The notes under the pieces were generated by a model. The model did no database searches. It saw only the letters and a list, made by a program, of their open reading frames with translations, and was not told where the DNA came from. Of a DNA stretch of 64,000 nucleotides, positions 56,243 through 64,000 are shown in pieces. How positions within the stretch are numbered: the stretch's first letter is position 1; each line of letters begins with the position of its first letter. The position numbers and the translations under genes were made by a program. Origin of the DNA: Pseudomonadales bacterium (GTDB taxonomy: Bacteria; Pseudomonadota; Gammaproteobacteria; Pseudomonadales; JAUIET01); NCBI GenBank assembly GCA_045105115.1, contig JBGCDE010000056.1:13323-77322 (forward strand). Reading direction: 5' to 3'.

Positions 56243-57124
56243 TTACATCTGGGGAATAGAAGCCAAATCAAACGGTAATTCAGCCCGACCATAGCGTTGC
56301 GCGCGGTCTGCCAGCTGTGCCTCGGCGTCTTCAACGTTAATCATAATGATGAAGCGCTGATCCAACACACCTTCCACCGCATACTTACCAAGCTCATCCA
56401 GGTCTTGAAAATTCAATTCCATACCAGCGTCACTGGCCGCTTTCTTAAAGTCTTCGATTTTAGGTGCGGGTATGCCTGGCTTTTCACGCTTTAATTCTTG
56501 CGGTCTATTACGCTCTGTGGTCCAGATGCCAGTATCAAGCATGCCACCTGATGGGTAAAAAATGGAAGCACGCAAATTCGTACCTTCTGATTCTAGCTGC
56601 GCACCCAGGCATTCAGTAATAATCGACACGGCCGCTTTGCTGGAGGCGTAAACACTTTGATAAGGAAGCGGTGAAATGCCTCCATCACCAGATGAGGTGT
56701 TAATCACATGCCCCCCTTCGCCCGCCTCAATCATGCGCGGCACAAACGACTGAATGCCGTGAATAACACCCATCACATTCACACCATGTACCCATCGCCA
56801 ATCATTCGGGGTGGTTTCCCACACGTTGGCAGAAGGCGCCGCCACACCGGCGTTATTCCACAACGCATGACAGGCGCCATGAAGATCAAATACATGGGCC
56901 GCTAGAGACTCAACCGACTCAGCATCAGAAACATCCACCACAAAACCGCTGGCGGCATCTGTGTTCAGCTCACCAAGTGTGGCATCCAACGCAGATTGCT
57001 CTACATCAGCAATAACCACTTTCGCACCTTCTGCCAGCAGAGCTTTGACAATACCTTTGCCAATGCCACCCGCGCCTCCGGTAACAACCGCTACCTTGCC
57101 ACTAAAATTATCAATACCGGCCAT
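56243..57124 (-). CDS. Short-chain dehydrogenase/reductase (SDR)
   Basis: VAVVTGGAGGIGKG, NNAG, and catalytic YASSKAA. Confidence 0.85.
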   Translation of the reverse strand: MAGIDNFSGKVAVVTGGAGGIGKGIVKALLAEGAKVVIADVEQSALDATLGELNTDAASGFVVDVSDAESVESLAAHVFDLHGACHALWNNAGVAAPSANVWETTPNDWRWVHGVNVMGVIHGIQSFVPRMIEAGEGGHVINTSSGDGGISPLPYQSVYASSKAAVSIITECLGAQLESEGTNLRASIFYPSGGMLDTGIWTTERNRPQELKREKPGIPAPKIEDFKKAASDAGMELNFQDLDELGKYAVEGVLDQRFIIMINVEDAEAQLADRAQRYGRAELPFDLASIPQM

Positions 57125-57228
57125 AATGCCCTCATCTGTTTACAGTGAAATCCAGATGAATTCTAGCAAAGGCAACATGGAAACATCGTGTCGGAATGTT
57201 TATTGGAAGCTTCCAGGTCCGCAGCCAA

Positions 57229-58239
57229 CTATGGTGCAGTTGCGGTCAACACAGCGCGACGCGGTGCAGGATAACCCTCAATGGTTTTACTTGAGTCATT
57301 TGGGTCTAGAAAGTTTTTCAGCGACTCAAAGTGCATCCATTCAGTGCTGCGTTGTTCTTCGCAGCTTGTCGCCGAAACATCCACCGTGGCAACGTCTTTA
57401 AACCGCATTTTTCTTAGCCATACCTCAAGATTTGACACGCTGGGTATAAACCAGACGTTGCCCATTTTCGCATAGCGGCCTTCCGGCACCAGACAATCAC
57501 CGTCTGACTCGTCAATGACCAAAGTTTCAAGCACTAGTTGACCGCCAGGTTTAAGCGACTCTCTCAGCGCCTGTAAGTGTTCAAAAGGGGCGCGCCGATG
57601 GTACAAAATGCCCATGGAAAACACGGTGTCAAAAGCCTTCAGGTTTGCAGGCACCTGTTCCATACGCTGCGGTACAACCCACACTCGTTGATTTTGGATA
57701 TAGCGCTGCAAAGCCCAATATTGCATCACAAACAAAGGGGAAGGCTCGATGCCAATCGTTAAGGCCGCACCTTTACCGGCCATCCGCCAGCAGTGATAAC
57801 CGCTACCACAGCCAACGTCCAACACAGTACGACCCGCCAGCGGCTCTATATGATCTATCAGACGCTGCCACTTCAAGTCAGAACGCCACTCAGTATCAAT
57901 GGTCACACCCGCAATATTAAATGGCCCTTTACGCCACGGGTGAAACTTCATCAGCGATTCTTTAAGTTCACTCTTTGCCGGCGCCTCAAGCTCAGTCGAC
58001 GGCGTTAGTGTGATGAAGCGGCTATCCAGGTCAACATCGGCAATATCCAACACGGGCAATTCCGACAGTGCCTGCTGCCAACGAGGCAAGTCACCATAGC
58101 GAGCAATGCTTAGATTATCAGGTAGTTGCTGCGCCAGCGCCTCTGCCCAGGCAGCCAAAGAAGTGCCTTTAAGACCCTCAATCAATGGCGAATAATCTGA
58201 ACCGCTGAAATCATTAAAGCGATCACTTTGCGTCAGCAT
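57229..58239 (-). CDS. cmoB: tRNA U34 carboxymethyltransferase CmoB
   Basis: PWRKGPFNIAGVTIDTEWRSDLKWQRL..VLDVGCGSGYHCWRM..GIEPS..FSMGILYHRR.PFEHL. There is a 1-nt overlap with cmoA. Confidence 0.9.
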   Translation of the reverse strand: MLTQSDRFNDFSGSDYSPLIEGLKGTSLAAWAEALAQQLPDNLSIARYGDLPRWQQALSELPVLDIADVDLDSRFITLTPSTELEAPAKSELKESLMKFHPWRKGPFNIAGVTIDTEWRSDLKWQRLIDHIEPLAGRTVLDVGCGSGYHCWRMAGKGAALTIGIEPSPLFVMQYWALQRYIQNQRVWVVPQRMEQVPANLKAFDTVFSMGILYHRRAPFEHLQALRESLKPGGQLVLETLVIDESDGDCLVPEGRYAKMGNVWFIPSVSNLEVWLRKMRFKDVATVDVSATSCEEQRSTEWMHFESLKNFLDPNDSSKTIEGYPAPRRAVLTATAP

Positions 58240-58970
58240 TATTTAAACGCAACCAATGAAGCGAAGTTAAGACACTGAAACCACAATTCTACCCGCGCAA
58301 ACCCCGCTGAACGCAATCGCTGTTGATGTACTTCCAGAGTCTCTGGGATCAACACGTTTTCGAGTGCGGCACGTTTCTGGCTAATCTCTAAATCGCTATA
58401 GCCTTTGCTGCGTTTAAAATCATGATGCAAGTCGCTGAACAAATTCGTAAGCTCGTCATCATCAAACGCAATTTTTTCAGACAGAATCAACACGCCACCT
58501 GAATTCATGCCACCAGCCAGGCGTCGCAGCAATGTCTCACGCTGATCAAGCTCAATAAATTGCAGGGTATAATTTAGCGCCACAATCGATGCGTTGCTCA
58601 ACTCAACGTTGTTAATATCAGCGCAAATCAATGAGATGTTTGAGTGCGCGCTATTGTTAGCAATTAAGTTATGCGCTTTTTCAAGCATTGCTTCTGAATT
58701 ATCAACGCCAATTACTTCGCACTCATTCTGTTCAGGCCCAAGTGCTTTCGCCATGGCCAGACTGGTTGCCCCAAGCGAACAACCAAGATCGTACAAGCGC
58801 GTACCCGGTTTCGCAAAACGCTGTGCAAGAAAACCGCTCATAGCTACCGCACTTGCGTAACCAGGCACAGAGCGCTGAATCATGTCTGGAAAAACATCGG
58901 CTACCGCAGAATCAAATTCGAAGCCGCTAACATCCATCTGAGGGCGTGCAAATAAATCGTCTTTACTCAT
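58239..58970 (-). CDS. cmoA: Carboxy-S-adenosyl-L-methionine synthase CmoA
   Basis: FEFDSAVADVFPDMIQRSVPGY..YDLGCSLG..VALNYTLQFI..GGVLILSEK. Confidence 0.9.
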   Translation of the reverse strand: MSKDDLFARPQMDVSGFEFDSAVADVFPDMIQRSVPGYASAVAMSGFLAQRFAKPGTRLYDLGCSLGATSLAMAKALGPEQNECEVIGVDNSEAMLEKAHNLIANNSAHSNISLICADINNVELSNASIVALNYTLQFIELDQRETLLRRLAGGMNSGGVLILSEKIAFDDDELTNLFSDLHHDFKRSKGYSDLEISQKRAALENVLIPETLEVHQQRLRSAGFARVELWFQCLNFASLVAFK

Positions 58971-58974
58971 ACTC

Positions 58975-61140
58975 TTATTTACGACGCTTACCCGAAGGCC
59001 TGGAACTCCACTGGCTACCCCTGGCGGGTTTCAATTTTTTATTGCCTCGACCGCCGTGTTTCGCACCCTCGTGCGGTACCAAATGCTTATCAGAGTCGCC
59101 AATCAAATCCTGACGCTTCATGCGTACCAGCGACTCACGCAAATAACCCCAATTCTTCTCATCGTGATACCGCAGAAAAGCCTTCTGCCGACGACGCTGA
59201 TCCAAATTGCGCGCTGCAAACACACGCTCACCTTTTTTGTAATTCAGTTTTTTAAGCGGGTTGCGACCTGAGTGATACATAGCCGTTGCCAGTGCCATTG
59301 GCGACGGATAAAACGTTTGTACCTGATCAACCCGAAATTTATTTTTCTTCAGCCAAATCGCCAAATTCAGCATATCTTCATCCGTACAACCGGGGTGCGC
59401 CGCAATAAAATACGGAATCAGATACTGCTCTTTACCCGCTTGGCGCGAATACTTATCAAACATTTTCTTGAATTCATAATACGAACCCATACCTGGCTTC
59501 ATCATTTTTGACAGCGTGTGGTCTTCGCTGTGCTCTGGCGCTATTTTTAAATAACCACCCACATGATGCGTTACCAGTTCCTTCACGTACTCCTGATCCA
59601 ATACCGCCAGATCGTAACGCAATCCCGATGCGATCAAAATGCGCTTGATACCTGGAATAGCCCGCGCTTTACGATACAACTGTGTAGTGGGCGCGTGATT
59701 AGTTTCCAGGTTCTTACAAATAGTTGGGTACACACAACTCAAGCGCCGACAATTGGCCTGGGTAACATCATCGATGCAATTAAGCTGATACATGTTTGCA
59801 GTAGGACCACCAAGATCAGAGATGCTGCCAGTAAACCCAGGCACCTTGTCTCTGATGGCTTCAACTTCACGCAATATCGATTCTTCAGACCGGCTTTGTA
59901 TCACCCGCCCTTCGTGTTCTGTAATAGAACAAAACGTACAACCGCCAAAACAACCGCGCATAATATTCACGGAAGTCTTAATCATGTCATACGCTGGAAT
60001 TTGCAAGTCACCGTAAGAGGGATGCGGCACACGCTGATACGGCAAATCAAAAACCGCGTCCATCTCTTCCGTGGTTAATGGAATCGGCGGCCTGGTAACC
60101 CATATTTCTTTAGTGCCGTGTTTTTGCACCAACACACGCGCATTGTGCGGATTACTCTCCTGATGCAACACCCTGGATGCATGCGCATACAAAACCGCAT
60201 CGCTTCTAACCTTTTCATAAGAAGGTAAGCGCACGTACACTTTTTCGGTGGAACCAAGCTTGCCAAGCTCTTTGGTACTCAGCGGCATTGGAATAATGCG
60301 GACCGGAGAAACATCATCTGAAGTAGCAGAAGGTGTTTTATCAGCCGCAAGCGAATCTTCAGCCTCGGCTTTATCAAACTCATACGGATCAGGAAGCTGG
60401 TCAATACGCCCCGGCCAGTCGATTCGGGTAGAGTCCACCTCTACCCACTGCGCCGGCACATCATCTAACACCAAAGTTATACCGCGAACATCTCGAAGAT
60501 CTCGCGTCGTTTTCCCATTCGCGAAACGGTCCGCCACTTCTGCCATGGCGCGCTCAGCATTACCGTACAAAAGCACATCAGCGCCCGAGTCAATCAACAC
60601 CGAGCGCCTGACTTCATCTTCCCAATAATCGTATTGCGCAATACGGCGTAAACTCGCCTCGATACCACCAATAACAATTGGGCTGTCTTTGTAGGCTTCA
60701 CGGCAGCGCTGGCTGTAAACAATCACCGAACGATCCGGTCTCTGTCCACCTTCACCACCCGGCGTATACGCATCATCGCTGCGCATGCGACGATCAGCCG
60801 TGTAACGGTTAATCATCGAGTCCATGTTGCCGGCAGTAACACCGAAAAACAGATTAGGCTTGCCAAGCTCTGTGAACGCCTCAGTGCTGCGCCAATCGGG
60901 CTGACTGATAATACCTACGCGATAACCCTGAGATTCCAGAAATCGGCCGATAACCGCCATACCAAAACTTGGATGATCTACGTAGGCATCACCGGTAACA
61001 ATAATGATGTCGCAGCTGTCCCAACCCAGCTCATCCATTTCTGTCCTGGACATTGGCAAGTAGGGCGCGGTGCCATAGCACTCGGCCCAATACTTTGGGT
61101 AGGAGAAAAGCTCTTTTGCGGTGCTTGGTTGTATTAACAT
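58975..61140 (-). CDS. ygiQ: YgiQ-family radical SAM protein (UPF0313)
   Basis: [51 protein letters not shown], the radical-SAM cluster site [11 protein letters not shown], and a basic C-terminal tail. Start at ATG 61140. Confidence 0.9.
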   Translation of the reverse strand: MLIQPSTAKELFSYPKYWAECYGTAPYLPMSRTEMDELGWDSCDIIIVTGDAYVDHPSFGMAVIGRFLESQGYRVGIISQPDWRSTEAFTELGKPNLFFGVTAGNMDSMINRYTADRRMRSDDAYTPGGEGGQRPDRSVIVYSQRCREAYKDSPIVIGGIEASLRRIAQYDYWEDEVRRSVLIDSGADVLLYGNAERAMAEVADRFANGKTTRDLRDVRGITLVLDDVPAQWVEVDSTRIDWPGRIDQLPDPYEFDKAEAEDSLAADKTPSATSDDVSPVRIIPMPLSTKELGKLGSTEKVYVRLPSYEKVRSDAVLYAHASRVLHQESNPHNARVLVQKHGTKEIWVTRPPIPLTTEEMDAVFDLPYQRVPHPSYGDLQIPAYDMIKTSVNIMRGCFGGCTFCSITEHEGRVIQSRSEESILREVEAIRDKVPGFTGSISDLGGPTANMYQLNCIDDVTQANCRRLSCVYPTICKNLETNHAPTTQLYRKARAIPGIKRILIASGLRYDLAVLDQEYVKELVTHHVGGYLKIAPEHSEDHTLSKMMKPGMGSYYEFKKMFDKYSRQAGKEQYLIPYFIAAHPGCTDEDMLNLAIWLKKNKFRVDQVQTFYPSPMALATAMYHSGRNPLKKLNYKKGERVFAARNLDQRRRQKAFLRYHDEKNWGYLRESLVRMKRQDLIGDSDKHLVPHEGAKHGGRGNKKLKPARGSQWSSRPSGKRRK

Positions 61141-61174
61141 TAGTGCCACTGATCGTCGGGCGTAAACCACGGAA

Positions 61175-61292
61175 TTGAGGCTGAATTAAACGCGCGGCGC
61201 CCGGAACTGTTGAAAAGAGGGACCTTTTCAACAAGCCCCCATGGATGGGTTCACGGCGTGTTCCGGGCGTCGCGTGTTTAATTCAGCCGGCG
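61175..61292 (+). repeat. Core-52 foldback element, copy E (subtype 2)
   Basis: Arms 61179-61207 and 61260-61288 form a 29-bp stem whose two exceptions are both G:T wobbles on the plus strand. Core 61208-61259 differs from core D at one base. Confidence 0.9.
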
Positions 61293-61342
61293 AAGCTGGC
61301 ACAAACTAAAATTATACGAGCCCAGTACGAAAGGAAGGCAGG

Positions 61343-62521
61343 TTACAGAAAGAAGTCCTGATTATCCATCCCAAGATTCACTGCACCCAGATTTCTCGCA
61401 AAGCCAACTGGATTATTGGCCACGTGAGCCCTTGCAGTATGCACATCCAGGAAGCGTTGCTGGATCTCGCTGCCAATAAACACCGAACGACCACCCGCCA
61501 CCTCAAACAAACTATCAATGATGTTAATCGACTTCTCGATCACCAATGAAGCCTGGTAGCGATACTTGATGCGATCATCCAGCGGTATTTCTTCGCCAGC
61601 GTTCACACACGCCATGATGTGCTCGTAGTTACGCTGCATCACAACTTCCAACTCATCGATCGCATTAACCGCTTTGGCCACTCGCTCATGCGTTGCAATA
61701 TCGCCCGCCAGTTTGGTCGGGTCTCCACTGGCGCTGCCAGTAACCGCCTGCTTATAAAGGTCCAGTGCAGCTTTGCACGCACCGATCGCAGGTGTGCACA
61801 CTGTTCGAATAAATATTTGCGCCCACGGTATGCGATACAGAGGTGCTGTGTTTTCAGTCAGACCCGGGTTGCTGTGGACCAGAAAGCCGTCCATCTGCTT
61901 ATGCGTACGATGCTCTGGCACGAAACACCCTTCAATCACGATATCGTTACTGCCAGTACCCTGCAGACCCATTGCGTCCCAGGTGTCTTCAATCACGTAA
62001 TCGCCTTTTGGAATCAGGAATGTTCGGTAGCCCTCACCAGGAATGATGCCACCCAACAACACCCAGGTGCAGTGGTCTGACCCACTAGACCAACCCCAAC
62101 GACCGCTGAAGTTGAATCCGCCCTCAACGACCTCAACTTTACCCATGGGCGCATACGATGAGCTTACCCGGGTATGAATGCTCTCACCCCACACATCTTT
62201 TTGAGCCTGATCGGGCATCAGTGCCAGCTGAAACGCGTGCACCGCTACAATGCCGCAAGCCCAGGCAGACGACATACACGCCTCTGATATAGCAATCGAC
62301 ATCTTGAAAAAGTCTTGAGGATCCAGCTCATAGCCGCCCCAACGCTCTGGTTGCAGCGCTAAAAAGAAGCCTAATTCCTGCAGTTCGTCGACCGTGGCCT
62401 GAGCAACTTTGCGCTCAGACTTGGTCTGCGCTGCACGTTCGCGTATTTTCGGCTGCATTTCAATGATAGATTGCAACATGTTCGCTGCTATTTCTTTCTT
62501 TTTGGCATCATTCGCGGCCAT
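61343..62521 (-). CDS. Acyl-CoA-dehydrogenase-fold flavin-dependent monooxygenase/dehydrogenase
   Basis: 392 aa with the ACAD-type three-domain layout (RWGGYELD..F.GRWGWSSGSDHC..HTARAHVANN), resembling two-component monooxygenase oxygenase subunits. Substrate unknown. Confidence 0.65.
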   Translation of the reverse strand: MAANDAKKKEIAANMLQSIIEMQPKIRERAAQTKSERKVAQATVDELQELGFFLALQPERWGGYELDPQDFFKMSIAISEACMSSAWACGIVAVHAFQLALMPDQAQKDVWGESIHTRVSSSYAPMGKVEVVEGGFNFSGRWGWSSGSDHCTWVLLGGIIPGEGYRTFLIPKGDYVIEDTWDAMGLQGTGSNDIVIEGCFVPEHRTHKQMDGFLVHSNPGLTENTAPLYRIPWAQIFIRTVCTPAIGACKAALDLYKQAVTGSASGDPTKLAGDIATHERVAKAVNAIDELEVVMQRNYEHIMACVNAGEEIPLDDRIKYRYQASLVIEKSINIIDSLFEVAGGRSVFIGSEIQQRFLDVHTARAHVANNPVGFARNLGAVNLGMDNQDFFL

Positions 62522-62700
62522 GGAAATCTCCTGTTTGGGGCGCCATGCTCGATGCGTGACGCTACTTCGATCAGGTATGGTAAGGGAACTTTCACCGGAT
62601 TACATCAGTCTGTCTTATACGCAATGCTTGGCGGGGAAGATCAGTAGGGCTACACTGGCCCGGCATCTACAACCCGCTAACAATATAAGAGGTTAATACG

Positions 62701-63342
62701 ATGAAATTTTTAAAGTTCATCATCGGACTGATCGTCTTGGTGCTGGTCATTGGCGCGTTTTTGCCTTCCAGCACGACCTTTGAGCGATCAGTCACAATGA
62801 ATGCACCACAGGATCTGGTGTACGAGTACGTTAATAGCATGCCACGGTTCAATGAATGGTCGCCATGGCACTCCATAGACCCCAATACAAAGTACACGTT
62901 TACCGGCCCAGAGTCTGGGGTGGGTCACAAAATGGCCTGGCAAAGCGATCATGAGAATGTGGGCAGTGGCTCGCAGGAAATCATCGAAGCCTCGCCACCC
63001 AATAAAGTAGTCACATTTCTCGATTTTGGCCCCATGGGCAACGCCAATGCAACCTTTACTCTCGACGTACTTGGCGATGGCACCAAAGTAGTCTGGTCGT
63101 TTTATGACGAGCATGGCTGGGCGATTCAAGACCGATATTTTGGCTTAATGACAGAGAAATTTGTTGGGCCAATGTATGAAGACGGGCTGAGCAAGTTCAA
63201 AACGGTTGCCGAGAAAGCCGCCGCAGACAAAACGGCGGCAACGCAGGCCATTCAAGCTGCGTTGCGGGCCAAGGCCGCTGAAATGGCTGAATCGATGGTA
63301 GACGCTGCTGCACAGAGCGACCCGGCTACCACCGATCTTTAG
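62701..63342 (+). CDS. SRPBCC (START/polyketide-cyclase-like) protein with N-terminal anchor and Ala-rich tail
   Basis: TM anchor, then FERSVTMNAPQDLVYEYVNSMPRFNEWSPW..VVWSF, typical of the SRPBCC fold. Confidence 0.6.
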   Translation: MKFLKFIIGLIVLVLVIGAFLPSSTTFERSVTMNAPQDLVYEYVNSMPRFNEWSPWHSIDPNTKYTFTGPESGVGHKMAWQSDHENVGSGSQEIIEASPPNKVVTFLDFGPMGNANATFTLDVLGDGTKVVWSFYDEHGWAIQDRYFGLMTEKFVGPMYEDGLSKFKTVAEKAAADKTAATQAIQAALRAKAAEMAESMVDAAAQSDPATTDL

Positions 63343-63353
63343 GGCTTAAGAGA

Positions 63354-63656
63354 CTAGTCCAGCTGCTTTAGAGTGAGCTCTTCGCCACTCTTGGTCTTAT
63401 GCACCTTGCATAAGGCTTTAATGCGTTCGTCGCCGGTGCGCAGCTTCAACCATACGCGCATATAGCGCCCTGCTTGGCTCATTTGCCAAAAACGCGCGTC
63501 GGAGCGATCAATCTGGTACTGCTCAGTCGCATGCTCAATACACTCATCTATCGCCCGGTTAGCGCGTTCACCGGCATTGGCCGCGTTAGAGGCCGCGCCG
63601 ACTAATAGCGCTACCGCCAGTACACTGTTTCTTCTTCCAATCTGATGCAATTTCAT
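63354..63656 (-). CDS. Hypothetical small secreted protein
   Basis: ATG 63656 gives the signal peptide MKLHQIGRRNSVLAVALLVGAASNAANA. No family recognised. Confidence 0.45.
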   Translation of the reverse strand: MKLHQIGRRNSVLAVALLVGAASNAANAGERANRAIDECIEHATEQYQIDRSDARFWQMSQAGRYMRVWLKLRTGDERIKALCKVHKTKSGEELTLKQLD

Positions 63657-63784
63657 AATCGTATCCTCATTGATATGCGTCAAGGTTGAGAATAGTGTGT
63701 GCAGTATTGATCGTATATAGCGTATACTGCATTGTGATGGTGCATATATGCACGCGACAGCAGACCACACAAACGAGGCTTCTC

Positions 63785-64000
63785 ATGCAAAACCTGGACT
63801 GGAATGATCTGCGCTATTGCCTGGCCATTGTTGACGAAGGCTCTGTGACGGCGGCTGCAAAAAAACTGGGCGTAAACCACACAACAGTAAGCAGGCGCAT
63901 CACCGCGCTGGAAACCCAGCTGGGCGCCCCTTTATTCGACCGTTCAAACTCGGGCTGGCTAATAACACCGTTGGGTGAATCCATTTTGCCCGAGGCCAGC
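63785..64000 (+). CDS. LysR-family transcriptional regulator, N-terminal part (runs off the window)
   Basis: MQNLDWNDLRYCLAIVDEGSVTAAAKKLGVNHTTVSRRITALETQLGAPLFDR is the canonical LysR wHTH. Confidence 0.8.
   Translation, partial: MQNLDWNDLRYCLAIVDEGSVTAAAKKLGVNHTTVSRRITALETQLGAPLFDRSNSGWLITPLGESILPEAS

Noticed and set aside
4370-61292. Foldback copies as a CRISPR array, integron attC sites or ordinary MITEs
   Set aside because: The copies are dispersed or paired, not regularly spaced, and no cas genes are present. There is no IntI integrase, and the ends lack the attC R-box GTTRRRY/RYYYAAC. MITEs conserve their terminal inverted repeats between copies, whereas these arms differ. The elements are kept as an unclassified family under findings.

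Overview
This is a 64-kb chromosomal window from a roughly 50% GC gammaproteobacterium. The taxon is inferred from the core synteny priA / SPOR / hslVU / DUF971 / ubiE-ubiJ-ubiB / hisIE / tatABC. I support about 62 CDS, one intact tRNA-Arg(UCG) with two decayed tRNA copies, a few Rho-independent terminators and a family of intergenic foldback repeats. Nt 1-14,000 and 57,000-61,000 are housekeeping genes (prlC, dtd, pip, cmoAB, ygiQ). The remainder is accessory metabolism and envelope functions: two MMPL/RND transporters (one in an MlaC-MlaA-MMPL-LtaS-like operon), a sulfotransferase plus an MBL-fold hydrolase, a solute symporter with a ThDP enzyme and an FMN hydroxy-acid oxidase, a quinohemoprotein PQQ dehydrogenase with DUF3604, a Rieske oxygenase, a patatin-like lipase, and the regulator fusions GAF-TetR and DnaJ-Zn ribbon-PilZ. 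I found no integrase, transposase, reverse transcriptase, cas gene, CRISPR array or recognisable defence operon. The most unusual signal is non-coding. Five intergenic copies (plus one longer relative) share a nearly invariant 52-nt core held between 27-31 bp arms. The arms differ almost completely between copies, yet within each copy they are almost perfectly self-complementary. The core contains sub-hairpins with compensatory changes, and every transition-type stem mismatch is G:U on the same strand, which suggests a strand-specific structured RNA or ssDNA. I do not recognise this family. All protein calls rest on motifs I recognise in the translations. No database search was run.
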